Position numbers and translations under genes: made by a program. The notes below the pieces were generated by a model. The model saw only the letters and a program-made list of their open reading frames with translations, was not told where the DNA came from and did not search any database. A stretch of 64,000 nt of DNA from Chrysomallon squamiferum (Eukaryota > Animalia > Mollusca): positions 7,006,001 to 7,070,000 of the forward strand of contig CM022670.1 in assembly GCA_012295275.1 (NCBI GenBank), read 5' to 3'. Below are positions 54,931 to 64,000 of the stretch, piece after piece. Positions within the stretch are counted from its first letter, which is position 1; every line of letters begins with the position of its first letter.

Positions 54931-55045
54931 GACATAGCGTCTTTAACGTACCAGCTACATTTACATGAGAAAAAATATACAACAAGTCTGAGTTGTCTTA
55001 TTCTTTCGGCTGGATTTGCAAAAAAATAATAAAAAATATATCGCC

Positions 55046-55490
55046 ATGTCGCGATCTTTCTTAGTAGATTCATTAATCGTGCCGAAACCACAAGCAGTGA
55101 CGGAGGTGCGCGTGCCATCGACGGTTACCATGGCATCCAGCGAGACGTTGCTATCGAGACAACTCGTTTCGACGACGGCAGCGCACCCGATACCCTGTTA
55201 CACCCGCCACCCGTCGGAGATGATAGGACTGTGCTGTCCTTTGTGCATCCACACCCCAACACCGACAGTGCCCACCACCGTGCCGACGTCGTCGCATATC
55301 AAACAGTCGCCAACGTTGATTCCGGGATCGAAAACCATCATGGGAGGTCTGTCGTCTGCGTTTACCCACCACTTTCCTCATCATTTGGATTTGATGACGT
55401 CATACAGCCATCCCCCACCCCTGCCGAGAGGTACCCCACACCACTACGAGAGTTACTCGCCGAAAAGAACAAGGTGCACGACAAACAGCG
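55046..55490 (+). CDS. Gsx: Gsx (Gsh/ind) exon 1
   Basis: gccATG 55046; N-terminal MSRSFLVDSLI (SNAG-like motif typical of Gsx), CCPLC motif, ends ..RCTTNS-G|gtaagt (phase 1). Confidence 0.95.
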
Positions 55491-57091
55491 GTAAGTGTCT
55501 ACAATCATTTTATTTTATTTTATTTTATTTTATTTTATTTTTAGTTATATACTGAGTCATTTGTTTTTTTATTTCATTGCGTATTATCTATTTTATTTAA
55601 TTTCAATGTATATGTGTTGGTTTATTTGTTGTTTTTTTAAAATTAATTTATATATTTTTATTTTTATATTTAATTATTTATATTTTATTTCATATATTTA
55701 TTACGCATAAATTTATTTACTTATCTATTCAGTGTAGGTTTATGTTTGATCATTTATTTATTTATTTATTTATTTAAATAGTTTTTAATATATTCAAGCT
55801 GTTAATATGTGTATATATGTATATATATTAATACATTGAATAATATTTACTTTGTTTGTACTTTACCTTTATTTTATTGTTTAAGTTTTTTTTCTTCTTC
55901 ATTTAAGCTTTGATTTATCTTTCATTAATATGTATTTATCATTATCATCACCATGTTGATTTACCAATACAACAAATTTATATTATACAGACGCTTATTT
56001 TGTACGCTTAATATTTGTTATTTATCAGATTATTTATATGTTTCTTTTCATAAATTTTATTTTTATTTTCGTAAAGAAAAAATACATCTATTCTATATTA
56101 TTAAATAATAAAATAAACAAAGGAAAATTAAAAATGATAATAATAATCAAAGGGAATATAAAAATAATAAATAAATAGAAATTTCAAAGATTTTATACCA
56201 CTGTTAGAAAACACATAAACAAGAAAAGAAAATTAAAAATATAATTACACAGATTTTCTAAACTGTCGCCATTATAATCATCATCATATCAATATCATTA
56301 CCATCATCACCATTATCGTCATCATCATCATCATTATCATTATTATTATTATTATTAAAAATATGTTTTCAAAAATTAAAACTAAAATGTAATTAAATTT
56401 TTTATACTTTTAAAAATAAAACCTATGTAAATAAATATTAAAATATTTTAATAATAGAAAAATTTCAAAAGAAAAATCTCTAAATGCATCGAAATATTAA
56501 ATTATTACAAATATTTTTATTTATTCCTTCAATATCTTCCTTCCTTATTTGTTCTTTGTTCCTTACTTTAAGTTCCATTTTAAAATTAGTCGCCAAAAAA
56601 ACAAAAACAAAAAAAACAAAAAAAATTTACACAGAGTGAAAAATAAATTTGACGTACAGAAACAAAGAACAAAAATGATAAATTATTGTTATGATTATTA
56701 TTATTTATGGACTTGTTAAATATATTTGATTAATATCTTTACATCTTTCACAGTTGATCTGTCATAAATATATTTCTGTTTTTTCCGTCTAACCGTAAAC
56801 ATTGTCTTTGTTTTCTTTAAACCTTTCCATAATGTTTGCAAAATAGTTCAATTCATTACTTCATTTCACTTAATACAATTCCAAAAACATTTAATATGTC
56901 GAGAGAGATCATTTATAATTTAAAATATTCTAATGAATGTTTTCAGATGATAACAAAATTATTATTAAAACAAAAGAATGGAAACTACCTTGCTACATCA
57001 GTTTCATCCATTATATATGTATTTTTATTATTTTTATTTTTATTTGTATTACTATATTATTTATTATTTATTATTTTTATTATTATTTCAG

Positions 57092-57493
57092 ACGTCAACG
57101 GCCCTTCAGACGATCTTCCCAGCAGTAAAAGAATCAGAACAGCTTTCACAAGCACACAGCTCCTTGGAACTGGAGCGCGAGTTCGCGGCCAACATGTACT
57201 TGTCTAGACTCAGACGCATCGAGATCGCCACGTACTTAAACCTCTCCGAAAAACAAGTGAAAATCTGGTTTCAGAACAGACGGGTGAAACATAAAAAAGA
57301 AGGCACCGGTGAGTCACGTGATTCTCATTGCCGCTGCCTTCGCACGTGCAGCTCCAAAAAATCTGTGGACTTTACTCACGAACATCATGATGACGTCTGC
57401 GACCGGAGGGAGGAGTCAGACAGCAGTGATGAAGAAATTTGCATATCGAGAACCGCCTCTCCTGGTAATGCAGATGACGCGCCGACGCAATAA
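57092..57493 (+). CDS. Gsx: Gsx exon 2 (homeobox), with a 1-nt frameshift as assembled
   Basis: tttcAG|AC GTC..; (D)[24 protein letters not shown] in one frame, then [44 protein letters not shown] in the +1 frame; TAA 57491-93. Removing one base at 57162-57167 gives a 281 aa Gsx. Confidence 0.93.
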   Translation, partial: TSTALQTIFPAVKESEQLSQAHSSLELEREFAANMYLSRLRRIEIATYLNLSEKQVKIWFQNRRVKHKKEGTGESRDSHCRCLRTCSSKKSVDFTHEHHDDVCDRREESDSSDEEICISRTASPGNADDAPTQ

Positions 57494-59657
57494 CCAATGA
57501 AACGTTTGAGATAGTTTTTATACATAATATTAACAGAAGTGAATAATAATATTACGTGCAAACCCGGTGTATATGTTTACATAAAAAAAACTGAGTCATG
57601 TTTTAACTTCTTTGTTGTTCTTTTGCTTTTCATTATTGGTGCATAATTCATTTTTTTACAATTCATTTTTAAAAATAAATAAATGAACAAAAAACATTAC
57701 CTCATTTTCATTCGTGCAATTTTATATGACAATCATCTCTATGTATTTTTCATTACTGCAATTATTATTATTATTAATTTTGATATTAATTAAATGAAAT
57801 TATTTATAATGATAATGTGTTTATTATTTTCTATATTTATTTATTTATTTATAGTTATTCACAAATGAAATAATGTTTCTTCCAGTGTTATTATTAAAAT
57901 TTATAACACACAACGCTATGAAATAATACTCTAAACTGAACAATAAAGATCACTTTTTTACTAATATTATATAAAATTATACCACAATATTATTGTTATG
58001 TGGATGTGATTATTTATTTACTCTAGCGTCAGGACTGTGCTCAAGTACGCATGTTATGGGCACAGTCTATCATTTTTTTCCAGAAATATTTTAATCAGTG
58101 ACAGAAGACAAACTTCAAGCGATCTTCTTACCCGTTCATTATACTCGATGTTTTTGTTTTAGATACAAATCTTTCTATAAACATTTGCTGAAGTTTTGTT
58201 GTTGTTAGAATCGTCAGAAAATATTTCTAATCGACATCGAAGTGCCTTGTTTTACTGAAAACACTTTGCCAAGCAGAGCTGTTGGAAATTTATTTCAATA
58301 CTTGTAAACATTTTTTTTATATATATCTACATTTATTGTTATTTTAAGTCGGTGAAACCGTTTTGTATTTTTAATGTCTTTTGAAAATAAATAAAGTTTG
58401 AAAATAATTATGTGTTTTTGTAATTATTCATGTATTCTTTCTTTCTTTCTTTATTTATTTATTTCTCTATTTATTTCTTAATTTATTTCTTAATTTATTT
58501 ATTTCTTAATTTATTTATTTATTTATTTATTTTCTGACTGTTGTTTTATTCCATTTACTATTTGTCGTTTACTTGATCTCTTTTCTTCTTCTTCTAAAAT
58601 TTTTCATTCCAACATTTTCTTGTCTTTTTAACATTGTTCGTCTGCACTAAAATACTGTTGTTATCAGTAAAATAAAAATAAAAATTATTTAAGAAAATCA
58701 GTAAAACAGCTTTTAGGACACAAAAAGACACACACACACACAGACACACTCACATGCACACACACACACACACACACATATATTTGGTAAAAGTAATTAT
58801 TTTAAATTAAGAAAAGCTCGAAGTAATTACGTCTACAGTGTTGTATGTATGGATGCATGTATGTATGTGTGTATGTATGTAAGTATGCACTAAGTGTTTT
58901 TGGACGTACATCGATGTGTATGAGTGTATGTAAAAAAACAGATGAGACACATTCTGTTCAAAAATATAGAAACCGCCATTTATTGAATTATTAGAAATAA
59001 TAAAAACAGTATTAAATAAATAAATAAATACATAAATAATAACAGTAATATTTTAATTTTAATTTAATATAACAAGTATATTACATGCCTTGTTCAGCAA
59101 GAGAGAACACAAATAACACTACAGCAGTAAATAAGCTGAACAGAAAATAAATAAATTATCGCTTTCTAATTCAACGCTTTGACACCTTAAAATAATTAGT
59201 GCTTAATGCATGATAATAACATTCAGCATGAAGTATATGATCTGTCCCAAAGAAAAGATACATAAAGTATATTTTAAAACATGTTTTAGAATACCTACAT
59301 CACTTTGAGTTACCACAGACAAAAAAAAAAAAAATGTGAGTTTGACACAAACATTCTAGTATTTTCAAGGTACAAAATATATAGAGATTAAATATGTTGA
59401 ATTCAAGTTATCAGAGGATGGAAAATACACTATAAAAGCCGAAATTTGAATTTAAAACGTTCTTTAAAAATTACCAGTAATAACATGCAGTTTTATTTAG
59501 CAGAGTATATTCTCATATTCGATTATTTCAAATCGGCAGTGCCCAGGATTTCCATAACATAGATTTGTAGAATTGTTGCTTTTTTTGTGTTTGTTTTTTT
59601 ATTTACTTCCTTACTTATATACTTATTCATTCACTTATTTTTGTTGTTTTTTTTTAT

Positions 59658-59663
59658 ATCTAT

Positions 59664-59725
<62 letters not shown>

Positions 59726-59750
59726 GTCTATCTGTCTATCTATCTATCTG
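59658..59750. repeat. (TCTA)n microsatellite
   Basis: Direct reading. Confidence 0.9.
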
Positions 59751-60745
59751 TTTATTTATATATTCATTTATTTATTTACAATTTGGTATATATGAAGATA
59801 TTGTCAAAAAGATATATTTATTCGTTTTGGCTGGATATTTAAAAGGGTTAATGATTGAATGAACGAATTAACTAATTAATAATATCTATTTAAATATTTA
59901 AAATAGTAATGTTGGATATGATTGTGATTTATTTCTTGAGTAATACTAACAGTTTTGTAACCAGTTAACAACATATAACCATTTATACACACAATCGTCT
60001 AGAAACTACATACCACAGAGTTAGAAAAACAAGTGGTGTGGCGCAGTTAATTATTGGTGAATCTTGATTCATACATTATTTCAGTTACAAGCAAAAATAT
60101 CGTTTGACAGACATAACTGCTTGTGAAGTTAAATAAACAACAGCAACAACAACAATAATAAAAATAAAATGGTTCGAGTGAAATTAGGGAGTTCAGTCTT
60201 TGTAGAATTTTGTGACGTTCGCTAGCAGTTTTTTTACCAAAGTATTTAAATTGTTTTAAAACGTATTACTTCACATGAATAAACACGAAAGAGAATAGAG
60301 AAAAACAAAATAAAGAGTGTTAAATGTATTTACAAAATGTTTTATTTTTAAAACTCTTCATTTAACTTTATTATTGGTAGTAGTAGTAGCTGTTGTTATT
60401 GTAGCAGTAGTAGTAACAATAATACTATTCTTAGTGCATTCCTTTATATTTTAGTCAAAAATGTGTATGTACTCATAATTACGAATATTAACAAAATATT
60501 TATAATTCCATTTACTTTGCTCGTCATTCGTAATATAATTTTTTTAATTTTTCGTCTCCATTTTTAAAAACGCGTTTGATATTTTTTAAGTTTTATGCCA
60601 ATATGATTTAACTCAGTGGGGACTCAGTCTGTTATGGTAATTTCAATCAGTGATCATTAGTTGTCAGTTAATGACGTAGTCTTTTTAGGGTTTTTATAGG
60701 GTTTTTAAGCCTAACTTTTATAATTGTAATAATAATAATAACAAA

Positions 60746-60803
<58 letters not shown>

Positions 60804-61401
60804 TACACATAAATATTTCTTCACAAGAGGAAAAAGTTTTAAATTATTAAATGGACGAATGTAAAAATTACGATCAGCTTGACTTCATTTCAGTCAAGAA
60901 AAAAGTAGTTATTTCCCTTCGATCTTAATTTCACAGCAGCATTAAAATAAAAATGGAGATTTCTATTGGATTTTCTTTGGTGTTTATTATTATTGTTGTT
61001 GTTGTTGTTGTTTTCTAATATTTATTACCGTTTTCGTGTTTTGTTTTTTTTTTTTTTTTTTTTTTTTGCTTCCTAATAATTTTATTGTGGATGGTTAGTT
61101 TTTATTTTGATATCTTTGTGGTACTGTTTCGTTTTATTACATTGATTATTAAATTTTAATTTTGTTTATTTATTTTTCATTTATTTTAATTTTTTCCACA
61201 TATTATGATTGTTGTTCTTATGATCGTCATGAGAATAGTTTCTATTTTTGTTCATCAAACATCAAGATAGGTATTTCCATGTCTGTGCATAGATGTTTCT
61301 TGCTGGTGTGTGAAAAAGAATAACCCATTGCCTTGTTTTCCATGCACAGAATGTCCTTGTAACGATAGAGACAGAGAGAGACAAAGTGACAGAGAGTGAG
61401 T

Positions 61402-61507
<106 letters not shown>

Positions 61508-62053
61508 CTCAGATGGAAATCTCATTTCTGCTGACTAAACTAAAATGTTGTAAGTTCTAACCCAGACCGCTGCGCGCTGCACTAATCTAAACCGATGTTT
61601 ACTGTGTAATAAATAAAAAGTCGTAAATTACTTGACAATGAAGTTCTCTTTGACTCTGACTAAGGTAACAGGCAACGATCCAGAGAAGGATGTTACAACT
61701 TTCAGCCATCTTATAACAAAGTGTTTTAATGATCATTTTAAAGAGCCCATTGTAAACGAACATTTAAATTTTCTGATTATATTAATACAGTCTATGCATA
61801 TATATTGGGACCACTTTTTACAATATCCTTTGCTCGCGAACCATCAGAAGGTCATTTTCACAAACTGGATCCTGCCATTGAAAATGAGCAAACATGTAAC
61901 AAGTGGTAAAGGCCGATACGCCATTCTGTGAAGCTATTCTATCCAGATTTAAATTCATGCTTCGTTTTTTTTTTTTTTTTGGTTTGTTTTAATCCTGCGT
62001 CGTTTTCAGCATTTTTTTTTTCTTTCCGAAACGTCTTCATTTCATAACAGTTT

Positions 62054-62089
<36 letters not shown>

Positions 62090-63546
62090 ATATTTTCAGA
62101 ACCATTTTTTCATTCATAGAGAATCTAGGCCCGGGGGTGGACGGCAGGGAGGTGGAGTCTGGGTGTAGTTCGCTGTTTTGATGTTCACTAGATAAGTAGA
62201 CGATGACTCAGCAGATGTGTCATTGACTAATCACAGTCTTTCTCCACAGTAGCCACACAGCCATTTTTCCTTTCCAAGTAGCAGAACCACCATCAAAGTT
62301 TTCAAAAAGGTTGTGGTATGAGGTTTTCTGTCTGAGGGAATTTAAATAAAAAAGATGTCTTAATGTTTATGACTAAGAGAAACTCGACGAGTTTGTAGAG
62401 ATCATCGTTGTATAATTTTCCTATATATATATATATTAATTCCTACTTTTGTAAACTGATATTTTGTTGTTTTGATTTACCGATAATACAAAAATAAAAT
62501 TTTATTTATTGATTTATTCTTTTGCAAGCTTATTATCAAAGTAATTTAACCATAATATTCAGAAGAATCCATTATATATTTTTTCATCTTTGCAGTATCC
62601 TTTATATTTCAAAACCTGTAATCTACAAACCAAATGCCTTCAGACACAGAACACCGACTGTCATGGAAAAAAAAAAAAATCAACTGACGCACTGAAACAA
62701 ATCGATCTTGCGAACCACCGCACGTCAGATGAGTGTTTTAACCACTAAACTACATCCCAGGCTCGGAAGTCCTGTATGTTTGTGCGATACCACGACTTTG
62801 TGCAATATAAACGTGTATTTTACAACACAGAGTAAAATATTTACTGTTCATTACATTGTAAATCTTGTACTAAACCTAGCATCGGCTCAAACAGTGAATC
62901 GTTTTTATTGCGTCTTTCCCTTTATACTATGATATGTTTATTTACTTTCGTCGTCAGCTCATTTAGATTTTATAATGTCTAATATACGTTATATTGGTGT
63001 TAATAAACTCAAACTTGTACGATATTCTTATTAGTTATTTTCTAACTTGGAGTGGAAAGGTCGGACATTACCTCGTCAGTTGTTTCTACAGGTACATTTC
63101 AGTCTCATATTTAATAGTAACATTTTTATTTAATTATGTTTGAATATAGATGTCTCTTTTTCGACTGGTCTGTCTATAAGATCCATGCCTATCGATATAT
63201 CTGAATATCTGCTTGTATATCTATCAACCTGCATGCCAGCATATCTTTCTACCAATCTGTCTCTCTGTAAATCTACACATGTACAGATATTTGTTTGTGT
63301 ACATTGTCTTTAGATAGATAGATAGATAGATAGATATTGGGGAATATCATAAATGCATTATATGTTTAGATGCACCTATGCATATAATCTATATATGAAT
63401 GTACAGTAAATCTATGAAACCAGACAATACATATGATATCTCTGAAATGTTCAGTAAGTTCGTGTAATCACTGTTTCACTCAGAAACTTCACGAATTTAC
63501 TGAAAACTTGCATATGTAATTACAGGCTGTAATAATTAAATGCATT

Positions 63547-63579
<33 letters not shown>

Positions 63580-64000
63580 CAATCGCTTTATACAAAGAAA
63601 ACTATATTAATAATGCGGCTAAACGTGAATTTCAAACAACCTTTAACACGGAAAATTTCTGTAAAAACGTCAAAAGATGACACAGCAGATATAACAGTGT
63701 AACGGATGTGACTCGCAGATACAAACAGGGAAAGCAAACAGAAATGGAGACGGACTACAAACGGGCTGTAATTTACCGCCGGCTCGTTAACAGCGCAGTC
63801 TCTCAAAGCGCAGTAAATTCGCCTGATTTACAAGCGCTGTAAAACTTACTTCGACATCAAGAGTCATTTTATTCGTTCTGCCGTGTGTTTGTGTGTGTCA
63901 ACGACTCGACAAACACAGCGTAAGAATCTTCAGTTTCGTGGTTTCCCCAATTCGACTTTGACATCGGGCTGATAATCAGCTCAAGGGAGATAATTTATGA

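Overview
AT-rich, microsatellite-dense animal DNA, probably a lophotrochozoan such as a mollusc (inferred from the Xlox and Gsx proteins). It holds three spliced protein-coding genes. (1) FAXDC2/C5orf4-type sterol-desaturase/fatty-acid-hydroxylase, + strand, 6 coding exons 1789-4934, 321 aa. (2) ParaHox gene Xlox/Pdx, - strand, exons 19205-18710 and 10976-10531, 313 aa. (3) ParaHox gene Gsx, + strand, exons 55046-55490 and 57092-57493; as assembled it has one extra base in the homeobox (about 57162-57167) that shifts the frame. Xlox and Gsx are head-to-head across a ~36 kb gene-free interval of CpG-rich unique blocks separated by microsatellites. No Cdx is visible; FAXDC2 sits tail-to-tail with Xlox. 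CpG density steps up sharply near 8.9 kb. The intergenic region carries many candidate cis-elements: CACGTG, CRE, DR1/DR4, a CTCF-like site and a repeated GTAATCCC-NN-CACGTG composite. Most ORFs in the supplied track are microsatellite artefacts. All motif counts are by eye and regulatory roles are inference; I found no wholly new gene system.
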